From assembly GCA_038087875.1 (NCBI GenBank), contig CM075987.1, positions 22,196,001 to 22,260,000 of the forward strand: a stretch of DNA of 64,000 nucleotides, given 5' to 3'. Below are positions 1 through 11,990 of this stretch, piece after piece (the stretch's first letter is position 1; every line of letters begins with the position of its first letter). The position numbers and the translations under genes are program-made. Source of the DNA: Malacoraja senta (taxonomy: Eukaryota). Under the pieces are notes generated by a model. The model was not told the origin of the DNA. It saw nothing but the letters and a program-made list of their open reading frames with translations, and did no database searches.

Positions 1-249
1 ATCCATGATCTCGCAAGATTGATCAAGGTCAGTTCTCATAGCTTCCATTCAATAAATTAACAACATGTATTTATTTACATTTGCATTCTGTTAATAACCC
101 CTTTCCCACACGCAAGTGCATAAACTGCTTCTGCATACTTTTTTCTCTCAACCATGTTCCTGCTGTACTATCTATCTCACTTTCTATCCTTTTGCCTGTT
201 ACTCGACATGCCTCTCACTTCTGTTTCTTTCCCCAGTCTCGGCCTCACA

Positions 250-1110
250 TGTTCTCCCTTTCTCACTGTGATACTCAGTTGCACATGGCTGCTCACATAG
301 GCTCTTGTTTTAATTCACACAACCATCCAAGAAAGCCAAACATGATGTTGATGCAACCACACCTCACAATTGTTCTCCCACATAGTTATAGGTTGATTGG
401 AATAGGCACACGGTTCCACAACCAAGGAGACTCACCTCAGCGCATGAAGGGAGAATGGTCGGTGTGATTTTCCTGAAATGGACAAGCCACAAGCAATAAG
501 AGAAACAGAACTTCTTATGCCAGCCATGGAATCATATGTTTTCACTTCAGCGCGTAATCTCACTCATCAGTGTAGCTGTTTATTCCACCAAGGATCTCAC
601 CTGTAACTTAAAGGCCTTATTTCCAATCACTTCGACATGTTGGTAGGTCATTAGATTAAAACATTAGCCATGTGCAAACAACAGTCTACAGCACACATCA
701 CTGGGCCACACTTGGAAAAGCAGAAGTCAAAAGTTAAATGCATTACAGCATTGCAGCAAGTCCAGTTATCAATACTTCCATCACAATCTAGACACTATCT
801 TAAGGAAGCAGGTGTGCGGAACTGTTTCGTTAAGATCTCTTTTCCAGGTTGAAAGTTAAATACTCTTATATGAAGGCAATGGAAATGCTCAGGAAAAGCA
901 ACAATTGAATGAAAGATTTCTGCCTCCATTGAGACATGATCCTAATCCTGTAGAGCTCTTCTTCTTCAGCAACAGACTGAGTTTCAGGGACAGCAGTTTG
1001 TTGCTCTGTGTGTCTCTGACAGACAACCATGTTCCATTTGCCAACCTTGGTATGGTTCCAGAAGTACTGTTGACATAATACATTCTGGGTAACGCCTGGT
1101 GCTCATACCA
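250..1110 (-). mobile_element. Possible highly decayed PIF/Harbinger (HARBI1-like) transposase remnant
   Basis: Minus-strand pieces in the expected order: LPRMYYV...RDTQSNK / PETQ (cf. HARBI1 FPRQFIYYL...PTQRSRAISPETQ), GPVMCAVDCCLHMA at ~670-705 (cf. PGVMGVVDCIHVA), RAYVSSHVQLSITVRK at ~258-305 (cf. RxYNxxHxxTRxxVER). Many stops; motif spacing is longer than in HARBI1. Confidence 0.35.
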
Positions 1111-1604
1111 TTATCTGACCAGTATCGTAAACTTCAATTGACAGAGTGAAAATTGAGACACCTGTTTCTCTTGGAATGCCAGGATTTCTACTGCACTTAA
1201 TGGGCTCTGTCCTCAACAATGGCCCCAAATGTGCTTCCCCAAATTACAATAATGCCAGTTAGCTCATTGCTGCCCAGAGCCAGCTGATCACAGGCACATG
1301 CCCGCCATAGGCATCACAAGCGGATATCTGTACCTCCTGAGACAAGTACAGTCTTTGGCTCCGAGCAGCCACTAGGAAAGGGTTTGCAACACCACTTCCA
1401 AAGCACTAAAGTTCAGCACTTGTGGTTAATAGATTTTGATTTATTGTTGAAGTCAATTTTCTTTGCTTCAAGAATCTTGTTACAGTTATGTTGTGCTATT
1501 TCTGCAGATCATGGTTGGTTAATCTAACTGCTTGCAGATTCAGCCCTTGCTTTTTATCCTTGTTTCCTTGTTCTTCAACCAAAGTAAGTCAGACAAATGC
1601 TTTG

Positions 1605-2088
1605 GTGTAAAAAAAGACTCCGAATGCTGGAGTAACTCAGCGGGTCAGGCAGCATCTCTGGGGAACATGGATAGGTGAAGTTTCATGTTGGGATCTTTCT
1701 CCAGACTGATTGTGGTAGGGAAGCGGCGAAACCGGAGGAAAGGAGGGTAGGACAAAGCCTGGCAAGTGATCGATGAATACAGGTGAGGGATGGGGGTTGA
1801 CGGGCAATGGTTGGACAAAGGCCAGAGACGGAAAAACGATCAGTGTGAGATAAAGATAGAAGAGTTATGAATTGTGAAGCCAGAGGAAGGAATGCAGGTC
1901 GAAGGGGTTGTGGAGGGGAGAAATGGGTGCGTGTCCAGGTGGGCCACAGGGCAGAGAGGGTGGGAAAGAAAAGAAAGAAAGGTGGGGGGGGGGGGGGGCG
2001 TTTAGGTTACTTACCAAAAGTTGGACAATTCAATATTCATACTGTTGGGTCATAAGCTACCCATGCGGAAACAACTTAGGTGTGTTTG
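1605..2088 (-). mobile_element. Penelope-like element 3' end (GIY-YIG tail plus terminal repeat), decayed
   Basis: Reverse complement resembles the 3' part of the Penelope copy at 47390-48183 (end of ORF, pyrimidine-rich tract, GCTGAGTTACTCCAGCA terminal repeat). Confidence 0.75.
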
Positions 2089-2119
2089 CCCTACTGCTAC
2101 CTGAAAGCACAATATTTGA

Positions 2120-2510
2120 ACGAGGAGTAGGAATAGGTCACTTGGTTGCTCAAGTGAGCTCAATCGTTTGATCTAACCATAGTTGGTCAGATTGTAACTT
2201 TAACTCTGAATTCCTGTCTTTCCACAACAACCTTTCATCCCCTCGCACAATGGGTATCTATCTATTACTGCCTTAAAATGTTCTAAGGCTCTGCACCACC
2301 AGTGGAGGATGCGAGTTCCAAAGACTCATGACTCTCTGAAAGAAAGAGTTTCACCTCATGTCTTAAAAGGGCAACCCATTATTTGTAAACAATAACCCTT
2401 AGTTCCAGGTTGTCCTAAGATGGGAAATTTGCTCTCCACTTCCACCCTGTAAAGACCCTTCAAGACCTTGTATGTTTCAGTCTGGGCCCTTTCATTCTTC
2501 TGATTTCCAG
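2120..2510 (-). mobile_element. Old CR1 LINE 3' fragment
   Basis: ORF 2356-2544 ETYKVLKGLYRVEVESKFPILGQPGTKGYCLQI matches the CR1 ORF2 C-terminus in the 51048-52283 ORF. Confidence 0.65.
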
Positions 2511-2677
2511 CCATCAATAACGTGGAATTAAAAAACCCCATCATTAGTAATGATGGTCGTATGAAGTTACTAAGGCTATTTTAAATAATAAGACCTAGTA
2601 TAACTGATGTTGCTTTCTATTGTCAAGCAAGATTGCTAGCAATATTTGTAGACTGATGTAAGTGATTCAAAGAGTTA

Positions 2678-2925
2678 AGGGCCTGTCCCACTTTCACGAC
2701 TTTCCCGACCATTTCTTTACTCGTGGACATTTTTTATCAGGCTGGAAAAAACGCCCCGACTTACCTGATGACACGAGTACCTACGGCTAGCATAACGAGC
2801 CGCTACGATATATCTACGAACTCCTACGACCTGCTACGGACTCGTTACGAACATTCTGCGAGTTTGAATCAAGGGGAAAACTCGGGAGAATTCGTGAATT
2901 ACCTCGTGAAAGTGGGCCAGGCCCT
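2678..2925. mobile_element. PIF/Harbinger-type MITE, family 1 (248 bp)
   Basis: 22-bp TIRs AGGGCCTGTCCCACTTTCACGA / TCGTGAAAGTGGGCCAGGCCCT (1 mismatch); TTA duplication at 2675-2677 and 2926-2928; CpG-rich interior. Confidence 0.9.
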
Positions 2926-3202
2926 TTAGAATTGTGATTGACTGCTATAGGTAAGGTTTCCCTAGAAATGGTAAAGTAAGGTGGTGTGGCTTCACGGTGA
3001 GTGTGTACTACAGGTGCCAGCCAGTTAGTTAAGATGCCTTTAGAAATGTGAGAGTTATCTCAAAATAGCAAATACATTAACATACAACAACCATCAGTGC
3101 ATGGATTTTGTCTACTAGTAAAAAGCTGTTGTTGTCTGAGAAATCTCAGAAAGGTGTATATCTGTTTGATGCACATCATTGTATTGCTACATCACTGAGC
3201 TG

Positions 3203-3730
3203 AGTTTAGTTTATTGTCACGTGTATCAAGGTACAATGAGAAGCTTTTAACCAGTCAGCAGAAAGACAATACATGATTATAATTGCTCCATCCACAATGT
3301 ACAAATATATGATGAAGGGAATAATGTGAATAATGTTTAGTGCAAGTTAAAGTCCAGTAAAGTCTGATCAATGATAGTCCGAGGGTCTTCGACTGCATCT
3401 TCAGTTCAGTTCAATTCAGTTTAGTTTATTGTCACGTGTACCGAGGTACAGTGAAAAGCCTCTTGGTCGTTGCTTCAATATGGGTGGTCCAGGAGCAGTT
3501 GTTGTTGATATTGACTCCGAGGAATTTGAAATTTTCGACCATCTCTACTTCGGCACCATCAATGCAAACTTGGGTATGTGTACTGCTTCACCTCCTGAAG
3601 TCGCTCACTATCTCCTTTGTCTTGCTGACATTGAGAGAATGGTTGTTGTCTCGACAGGAGGACAATAACTCGATCGTAGCTGTCAAACTATGACATTAGG
3701 TTGTTACATGTGACAATAAAGTATCATTGA
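3203..3730 (-). mobile_element. Cluster of Rex/Babar-type LINE fragments (two 3' tails plus an RT-region piece)
   Basis: Two copies of TTTAGTTTATTGTCACGTGTA..GGTACA.TGA.AAGC, similar to the tail at 37075-37130; 3490-3650 resembles the post-RT region; an oppositely oriented tail lies at ~3700-3730. Confidence 0.55.
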
Positions 3731-3759
3731 ATCCCTCTGACTTTACATCTCACTCCTGT

Positions 3760-4095
3760 TCTCTCCTTATCTAACCCCTTTGGTTTCCTCTTCATCTCAC
3801 CCTCTGTCCTCCCATCTGCCAATCAAATCGCATTCACCTGTAAGCACTTATCATGAGTCAGGCTTTTGTCCCCCCCCCCACTTCTTTTCCAGCTTTCTCC
3901 TACTATTATACATCAGCCTGAAGAAATGTCCAAACCTGAAACGTCACCCATCGATGTTCTCCAGAAATGCTGCCTGACCCGATGAGTTATTCCAGCACTG
4001 TGTCCTATTGTGTAAACCAGCATCTGCAGTTCCTTGTTTTTAATCCAGCACTTTGTGTTTTACTCCGATTACAGCATCTTGAGTTCCTTGTGTCC
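3760..4095 (+). repeat. Penelope-derived terminal repeat fragment
   Basis: CAGCCTGAAGAA..CCTGAAACGTCACC..TCTCCAGA.ATGCTGCCTGACCC..GAGTTATTCCAGCA; same family as 48090-48183. Confidence 0.75.
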
Positions 4096-4869
4096 CTAAA
4101 TTAATTAATTGATGTAATTCATTAAATAAGTATGCCAAATGGATTGGATTAAAATAAATTCATCTGCAATTTCAAATGAGAGCATAGGGCTTCCATTCAG
4201 CCAAAATGACCATTTGCAACTGCTTTCTAGTATTCCCTTGAAATCAAAGCAAATTGTTTGTTTAATTCATTTTTTGAGATATGAGCAAATAGTAGGCTGT
4301 CCCAAATTGCCTTGAGAAGTTTATGATAATTTGCTTCCCATGCTGTCTTGAACTGCTGCAGCCCGTGTACAATTCAATGATTCATACCCACTGCATTAAG
4401 GGTCAACATTCCATTAGACTTTCGAATGACTTGCTGTTCCTGTATGCTAACTTTTTGTTTCATTTACTAGGACCCCCTGGGTCCTTTTGCATTGTGACAA
4501 TTTGGAAGAAGAATTTCTTCACTCAGTGAGGCATTAATCTTGGGAGTTTTCAACCCCAGCGAACTGTGGAGGAAATTCATAAATTATATTCAAAATGGAG
4601 ATTCATAAACATTTATCGTGAGCAGGATAGTGTGCAATAATCAGGAGGATGTTATCTTGCCCCTGTTGACCAGATGCTGTGAAACATTCTGAGGTTTGCA
4701 GTTAATGTTAAGCACTTCCAGTTGTACTTCTCCCATCCACATTTCACCGTGTTTCCACTTCCAATGAGCTTGCCCTGCTGATAAGTGAGTTTCTGTTGTC
4801 CAACTGCATTGATGGTCTGTCAGTTGTGTACCTTCTCAGTTTCAATGTGGAATAGATAATATAACTTTG

Positions 4870-5165
4870 TGATTTACCTGGCCACTTAAGAATCAGCCGC
4901 ATTGGTGGGTCTGGATTCATGTAAACATTAGATGAGATACAGCAAGCACATTTCCTCTCCTCAAGGGCATTAGCAAACCCAATGGCTTTTTATGACAGTC
5001 TGTGAAGTTTTATGGTCATCATTACTAATGATGATTTTTTAAATTCCAGGTGACATTGTAGAATTTAAATTGGAATTCAAGTCTGATGACTTACTTCTTG
5101 TGCATCATATTGGTCCACTGACGACCTGACTGAGTAAACCCAGTAATTTGCATTGTTCTACCCCT
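4870..5165 (-). mobile_element. Old SINE-like repeat
   Basis: Similar in opposite orientation to decayed copies at ~2510-2600 and ~52625-52780; resembles a common chondrichthyan tRNA-derived SINE as I recall it. Confidence 0.45.
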
Positions 5166-5264
5166 AAATATCCATTAGTGAATAATGGCAAGTGTGATTA
5201 AGTGGGCCATTTAATAAGCATTTGTCAGGTTTGGAAAAGGAGAGATGTAACGGACTCAATGAAG

Positions 5265-5670
5265 GGACTCAGTGCCTGACATTAATTGAAATTGTAACAG
5301 GCTTAAAAACTGTGTACAATGTGGAAAAATATTATTTTTGTAAGGCTGGATGATAATAGTAAATTGACTTAACTGGATAAGTCTTTTGTTCTGAGAAAGC
5401 CCTTGCAATGACACTGAGAACTGATGTGTTCATTTTGAGCAAGGTAACTTTCTGGAAATTATCTATAGTTACTATATGGATGTACGTAGTTGCAGTAATT
5501 GATTCAATCACACCAACTGAAGACTTTCAGTAAGAAATTATTATGATTTCTGTGACCTTGTATGTCTATGAGTGAGTTGGAAACGTGTGTATAGGAAGGT
5601 GTGGATGTTTTGAGGATGTTCCAAAGATCAAATGCTGCCTTATAGTACATCCAGAAATGTCTCCTTGTCA
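5265..5670 (-). mobile_element. Decayed PIF/Harbinger transposase, N-terminal half to the first catalytic motif
   Basis: Minus-strand frames give RRHFWMYYKAAFDLWNIL, KVTEII, FLTESLQ (cf. KVTxALxFxATGSFQ) and RAFSEQKTYPVKSIYYYHPALQ...SINV (cf. GFxxIAGFPxVxGAIDCTHVAL...SINV). The 21-residue H-to-S spacing equals that of HARBI1. Confidence 0.55.
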
Positions 5671-6262
5671 AGAATGTTGGCTATGGAGCTTCGGTTGTTG
5701 AGCGTCTTGCCCTTTGTTTCCTGCTCTTTGTCCAGATCCTGCTAGTTGTCCTGGTGTTAGTTTTACCTTGATGTTCTTGCTGTTTGCTCCACCTGAACCC
5801 ATCTGATGGCTAAATTATATGGCGTACGGCGGTCTACGACAGTATGAGAGACACTGGCTGGTACATGCTGCAGAATGCTGCCAAAGATGCTGGGTGAGCA
5901 GACTTGCATTTTCAGCAGCCCTGTTGACCACTAAGCTCCTGGCAGTGGCGTGATGTTATTACAGTGTTGCTCAGCTGGTATATTCAGACCTCAGAGCTGA
6001 ATGGACAACCAGGAGACTGCCTTTGTTCAACAGAATCCATCCTTCTAAATCCCCTGAAAGATGAGTGGAACTGTGACTGGCAACGAATGAATGAACGTGG
6101 GAGCTGCCTGCACACCTGGAATATGCAACAATTGCTCTCTATAGAGAGAATGCATTCCCTTTCTGTTGCATGACTATGGGTTATTAAAAGGAGTTCTAGT
6201 ATCTACACGCGTGTTGGCTGAATGCCTGTATTTTGGGGATGTCTGGTTTATGTGTGTGCCAG

Positions 6263-6724
6263 AATATCTGCAATGGTAGCAAATGCCTATGGCGTGTCTG
6301 TCCGCTCCTGTGGACTGAAGCGGAAGCGATTGAAAACTCTTCCTTTGGAGTAGAGAGCACGAATGACATTACAAATGCAACAATGAGCATCAAACTGACA
6401 CATGCCATCTATCAGCAGTTCAAGACTGAAGTAAGCTTGGTGTGGAGGGTGACCGTGACTGTGACTTTGGAGAGGGGCAGATGCATTTGACGTTTTATAA
6501 GTTCGCAAGTCTCAATGGTGACTACCTTGAGGAAGCAAAGCCTGTTTAGACGTCATTCATCTGGGGAGTCTAAATAAGACATTGACTTCCTGTCAATCCT
6601 TGATGAATAATTTCCTCATTGAATAGTCTTTGCATGGCTTCTGTCTCTTTAGGTGACTGTGGCGCATCAGAGAAATCTATCTCTCATCTACACCATTTAT
6701 CATGAGGAGTGTAGGTGTAAATAA
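6263..6724 (+). other. Two exon-like segments (6263-6430 and from 6653); possibly the decayed Myb/SANT-like partner gene of the adjacent Harbinger fossil
   Basis: AG|6263..6430|GTAAGC gives an open 168-nt phase-0 segment; acceptor CTTCTGTCTCTTTAG at 6652. The joined peptide ...ITNATMSIKLTHAIYQQFKTE|VTVAHQR weakly resembles Myb/SANT-like domains. Confidence 0.25.
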
Positions 6725-7324
6725 ATGCCCATTAAAAGTCTGTTTTACTTGCAGCAAAGAGGTTCAGAATGCAAAGAAAGTTATTCGGTCTGTCAGCTAA
6801 GTTGTCAAATCCTACTGAATTTTCCACTAAGACCTAATGTGGATTTACGGAACTCCTATCTGAAACAGCAGAAAGATAAAAAGAAGGCAGGAAACAGTAT
6901 TAGCCTTTTTTTCTGGCTTACAAGACATTGGATACTCATGTGGAGTACTTGTGCAGATACTCAGTGTAGAACACACAGTGCTGGAGTAACTCAGCAGGTT
7001 AAGCAGCGTCTCTGGAGGACATGGATAGGCAACATTGCAGGTCAGGACCCTTCAGGATTCTCATATCCTATTTCAGCAATGGAAACGTATCTACAGATGG
7101 AGAAACCTTTAGAGGATCTACAATTTTTGCAGTTAAATATTTGAATAACTGCAGATGTTGGAAATCTGAAAATAGCAGGTTAGACGGCATCTGTGGAGGG
7201 GAAACAGGTTAATATTGTGTTTCGAGTTTTAGAGAGGAGGAGGGATGAAGAGGGAAAAGGGGATGCCTTTTAGTCACCAAGGTTGGCCTGTTGACATGTT
7301 TTTACCTGACTATAAAAATTCACA

Positions 7325-7590
7325 AAGAACATATGAAGTGGGAGTAGGAATAGGCCTTATGGCCCTTCAAGCCTGGTCCATTGTTCATCATGATCATGAT
7401 TGATCAACCACCTCAACACTGTGCTCAAATCCTCTGATTCTCCTAATGCCCTGAAATCTATCAAACTGTGCTGAATGAACATAAATACTGACCATCCTCA
7501 GCTGCCTGGGGTGGAGAATTCCATCGGTTCACCACCCTCTATGTGAAGAAATCTCTCCTTGTCTGAGTATTAAGTAACTCACCTCTTATT
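7325..7590 (-). mobile_element. Old CR1 3' fragment
   Basis: Reverse complement resembles 52090-52375 (end of ORF2 plus 3' UTR). Confidence 0.65.
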
Positions 7591-8319
7591 CTCATTTTTT
7601 TCTCATCTCAAGATTCAAGATTCAATTTAATTGTCACATGTACCAATTAAGGTACAGTGAAATTTGAGTTCACTGAGGTGAGATCTCCATCTCACCTTTT
7701 AACAATCTCCTTAAATCAGTATTGTCTTGTTATTGAACCTTCTGCCAGTGGAACTTTGTTTCCTTGTTTACTCTTTCAAAACCTTTCATTACGTTTATAG
7801 TCGGTCTTGATGCTAGTATCTGTTGAGTGCACCTTTTTTCAAACAAACTTCATCAAATTGGGGGTTTTTTTGCAAGCTGTTACAAAAGTTATCCATAAAT
7901 TGACTGTCCTGTTATAGGGTGGAAGAGTAAGTACACAGGGAAAGCAGAGATAATGATGTTGCCTTCCTCTATGCATTGGAGGTTTTCTGGAATGATACCT
8001 TGATGAAAATGATAATTATAAACACAGTTTGCATGGACTGGGCTGTGTCTCCTGAGTTTGAACGTTAAGTCATAACCTGTTAGAATGTTCAGCAGGACTA
8101 AAAGGTTTGAGGAAATAGAGAAAAAAATGTGCTTCAGCAGTGAGGGAGTTCTGCACCTTTTGTCACATGATACCTCCGTTATCTCCGTGTAGTAATTGTC
8201 GTTACCTATATTCAAAGGATTAATTCGTGGCTCTTTCTCAACTCATCTGGTATGAAAACCTCATTCTCATCTTTAGATTATTCCATTATATTTCTACTGT
8301 CATTGTTCTTTTGTCCATA

Positions 8320-8770
8320 AATTGGAGGATACTCAAAATGCTGCTGTCAGTGTGGTAAGTCACAACAAGTCCCATCCACTGTCATTCCTCTGCTTGATTA
8401 CCGCCATTGGATTCTGAATAAGAAATTCCTTAATTTAAAATGTCGTACTCTTGTCTTTTCCTATCTCTGTTACTTCAACTGTCCAAGCTTTATCTTACAA
8501 GACCTCTGCCTTTCCCCATTTATGAGCCTGTGATTAAACTTGAATTGGTCCACCTTTAGAAACTGTGCCTTTAGCTGCCAAGACACTTCCTAAACCTTTT
8601 TTCCTTATTTCCCCAATGTTTCTCCTTCCTTCTTGAAGACATTCCTTAAAATCTAGGGTTTTAGCCACCTGCCCTAATATTCCCTTTGTGATAACGACAA
8701 TTCTACTTTGAAACTTTAGTGAAGTCCCTTGGATATTTTACTTCATTAAAGGTACTGTACATGTTGTAGT
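8320..8770 (+). mobile_element. Ancient L2-type LINE 3' end
   Basis: Decayed sequence resembling the L2 C-terminus (QNAAA...HW...FK) and 3' tail; similar pieces at ~16360-16640, ~40900-41240 and ~46680-46850. Confidence 0.45.
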
Positions 8771-8833
8771 TGGGTGAGTGTCTAGCTGGATATTCTGAAA
8801 CTGGATAAACAAAACAACTTAGATTTGAGTTAT

Positions 8834-9000
8834 GTTTAAGAAGGAACTGCCGGTGCTGGGAAATTGAAGGTAGACAAAAATGCTGGAGAAAGTCAACGGG
8901 TGAGGCAGCATCTATGGAGTGAAGGAAATAGGCGAAGTTTTGGGTCGCTCCATAGATGCTGCCTCACCCGCTGAGTTTCTCCAGCATTTTTGTCTACCTT
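8834..9000. mobile_element. Short palindromic Penelope-derived retroposon with TSD
   Basis: Inverted arms AAGGTAGACAAAAATGCTGGAGAAA..GCAGCATCTATGGAG / CTCCATAGATGCTGC..TTTCTCCAGCATTTTTGTCTACCTT; flanking direct repeat AGA(T/A)TTGAGTTAT at 8821-8833 and 9001-9013. Confidence 0.85.
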
Positions 9001-9242
9001 AGAATTGAGTTATTATTCTTTTCTCCTCAGAAGAAGTGACTGACAGCTATCTCAAACTGTGGTGGAATTTAATTTATGATTGCCACCTGTCCTAGTTTAA
9101 GTCTGTTAATCTGTATTGTGAAAATTCCAGAAGATGTGGAAACCATATTCTTTATAATCCACCCGTTCTTTATGCAAAATAGGTCCTTTTCCTGCCTGAA
9201 TTCCATGGTGGGCTTCATCTTAACTTGCCATCAAGCAGACAC

Positions 9243-9536
9243 GGGCAGCACAGTGGTGCAGCGGTAGAGTTGTTGCCTTACAACACCAGAGACCTAGATT
9301 GGCTTCCGAATAAGATCCTGAGTATAGGTGCTGTCTGCATGGAGTTCGTATGTTCTCCCCTTGACTTCGTTGGTTTTCTCCCACGCTCCAAAGATGTACA
9401 GGTTTGTAGGTTAATTGGTTTTGGTTGTAAATCGTCCCTAGTGTGTAGGATGGTGCTATTGTACGGGGATCCCTGGTCGGCATGGACTCGGTGGGCCAGG
9501 TTTCTGCGCTTTTTCTTTAAACTAAACCAAACAAAA
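9243..9536 (+). mobile_element. tRNA-derived V-SINE (HE1-like)
   Basis: A-box TGGTGCAGCGG, V-domain-like core, CR1-like 3' end and AAAC-rich tail; homologous to 35278-35603. Confidence 0.85.
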
Positions 9537-9720
9537 CAGACAGAACGTTTCCTCTCTCTCTATACACCAACCTGTTAGTCGTTCCTTAATCTAAGGTTGA
9601 GAGATTTCCCTGTCATATGACCAACCCAACCCAACCCAATGAACTGACCCTGTGTTAGAAGAACATCAGCAGCACAAAACCCCACAGATAGCTAAGGAAC
9701 TATGCGGGATGGCATGCTTA

Positions 9721-10039
9721 AAGCCCTGTCCCACTGTACGAGTTCATTCAAGAGCTCTCCCAAGTTTAAAAAAAAATCAAACTCGTGGTAAGCACGTAGA
9801 ATGAACGTAGCGGGTACGTCGGAGCTCGGGGACGTCTCTTAGCGGCTCGTAACGCTAACGGCAGGTACTCGGGAAACGCGGTAAGCTCGGGAAGACTCGT
9901 GAAGATTTTTCAACATGTTGAAAAATGCCCACGAGAGCCCCGAGTACTTACGAGCGGCCATTACCGTAAATCTCCGAGTTCGAATCAGGGCAAACTCGGG
10001 GAGAACTCTTGAATTAACTCGTACAGTGGGACAGGGCTA
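9721..10039. mobile_element. PIF/Harbinger-type MITE, family 2 (319 bp)
   Basis: ~40-bp TIRs (A/T)AGCCCTGTCCCACTGTACGAGTT.ATTCAAGAG.TCTCCC; TTA duplication at 9718-9720 and 10040-10042; perfect 22-bp internal palindrome at 9905-9926. Confidence 0.9.
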
Positions 10040-11479
10040 TTATTTGTCTTATGTGTTGGTTGACGGGTTGACAGTTGGCATGTTTCTCCAAATAATGGCT
10101 GTGGAATTCTTATGCCCACCTGAGAAGGCAGTTGAGGTCTAGGTTAAAGAATCTCAATTGAAGGATGTTGAATTCCCTCACCGCTATACTCGAGTGTTAA
10201 CATGAATTATGTGCGCAAGTCTATGGAAAGAGACTGAATCCCATAACTTTCTGATTGAAACGAGGCAATGGGTGCAAAGTCATTTTCCAGTGTAGATATT
10301 TAGCATTACTTGTGATGTTTATGCTTATTTAAGCACTTTCACACCAGGCCTAAATAATAATTCTTTTTCAGCTTTGCAATTACATTTTATGAATAAGAAG
10401 CTGAGGGATAATGTTTTTTTTTTAATTTCCATAACTCAGTGGTTTAAAAGAAGCATCTCAAAACAGTGGTGTGCACATTGGAGTGGCTGGGAAAGATAGC
10501 CTGGGGGAAATAGTCTGAAGATAGGGTCACAGTAAAATTAGAGAGAGAAATGTACAAAGCAAACATCTGTTGAACAGATTCTAAGTCCTAACTGTGGTTC
10601 GGTGAAGTTGTTGACTAGAAATACTGTATTTTTATTCAACAGGACCAGTGTGTTTCAAAGGATGCAAATTTAATATAGCTCTCTTTTTCTTTGAATAGTG
10701 CTACAGGATGTTTAATGCCCCACTAAACCACAAACAGGCAGCTGGAAGAACTTGTTGAAAATGTGCTACAAATATCCTTCTCTGCTGTCCGTGAAGCTTA
10801 TTAGCCAAAAAACATTAGTAGAATGTTCGGTTTTACCTGAAGAGGGCTGGAGTACAAAGGAGTAAAATTACTTCTTTACATGCATCATACTCTAATCACC
10901 AATCCCTACACAATCATCACTAAAGATAAATTGATTGGTCCTTCATTTCATCTCAGTGTAGAATGTCTAAATATCAGCCATTGCACTTGAATATTTAGGT
11001 TCTTATGCGCTGTTCTGTTCTGTGATATGCAGCTGATTGTGTCAAGTGTTTAAGACATTGACAGGGAATCAATATATAAACATAAGGTTTATATATTTTT
11101 GACATGTCTTTCCTAAGCCTCAACCAATTTCTCAGCACTTGCGTGCTTTCCACTAGGAGGTCAATGGATGTCAATCAGGAGCAGCAGCTTATTAGACAAA
11201 CGATTTCAAAACTATATCAAGATCCCCAACTGTAATGTCTGGTGGAATGAACCAGGGTCTACCTGGTTAGACGGACTCATTTCCACAATGGGCCATGTTT
11301 TTATCAAATGAGGCACCAGAATAGTACCAAATGACTACACGCTTATCAAACAGAGGATTAGGTAATTGGATGGGAGACAGGATTGATTGAAAAATATAAA
11401 GTGTCAGAAAGAATTGCAGTGTTTCCGTATATCACGAGACAGCAAGGTGACTACTTGAATTGATGAATGACCTTAGCTG

Positions 11480-11990
11480 GTTCACTTTGAAATGTAGTCA
11501 CTATTGAAAAAGAGAAAATATAGCAAGCAATATAAATACATGCAATGTCCCACATATAACCATTAATAATTACCAAGGAGGTGGTTTTTCGTAATTGGGG
11601 GGAATAGCAATTGGCTGGGACACTGGGCATAGTTCCCAACTCTATCTGGAAGTAATGCCTTGAGATACTTTACATGCTTGTAAGGGCGCAGATAAATCCT
11701 TTTAGGAGTTAGGAAGGGTGTCAGGGGTTACAGGGCAAACGCAGGAGAATGGGGTTGAGAGGGAAAGATAGTTCAGCCATGATTGAATGGTGGAGTAGAC
11801 TAGATGGGCCGAATGGCCTTAATCTGCTCCTAGAATGTATGAACTTATGAGCACCATCGACAGTACAGCAATTTCTTGGTACCACTCTGGAATGTCAGCA
11901 GTCATTCTAGTGCCTAAGGCCCTGGATTCAGATTTGAATTCAGAGCCTTTTGGTTTAGAGGTGAGAGTGTTACTGACTGAGCCACAACTG
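11480..11990 (-). mobile_element. Ancient DeuSINE-like (SacSINE1-type) SINE, interrupted by a CR1 tail
   Basis: Reverse complement follows the tRNA head and Deu-domain order as I recall it; related decayed copies at ~10050-10270, ~19690-19930, ~61120-61370 and ~63430-63560. Confidence 0.5.
11700..11850 (+). mobile_element. CR1 3' terminal fragment
   Basis: GGGGTTACAGGG..GCAGGAGAATGGGGTTGAG..TCAGCCATGATTGAATGG..GGGCCGAATGGCCT, typical CR1 3' UTR with a short repeat tail. Confidence 0.75.
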
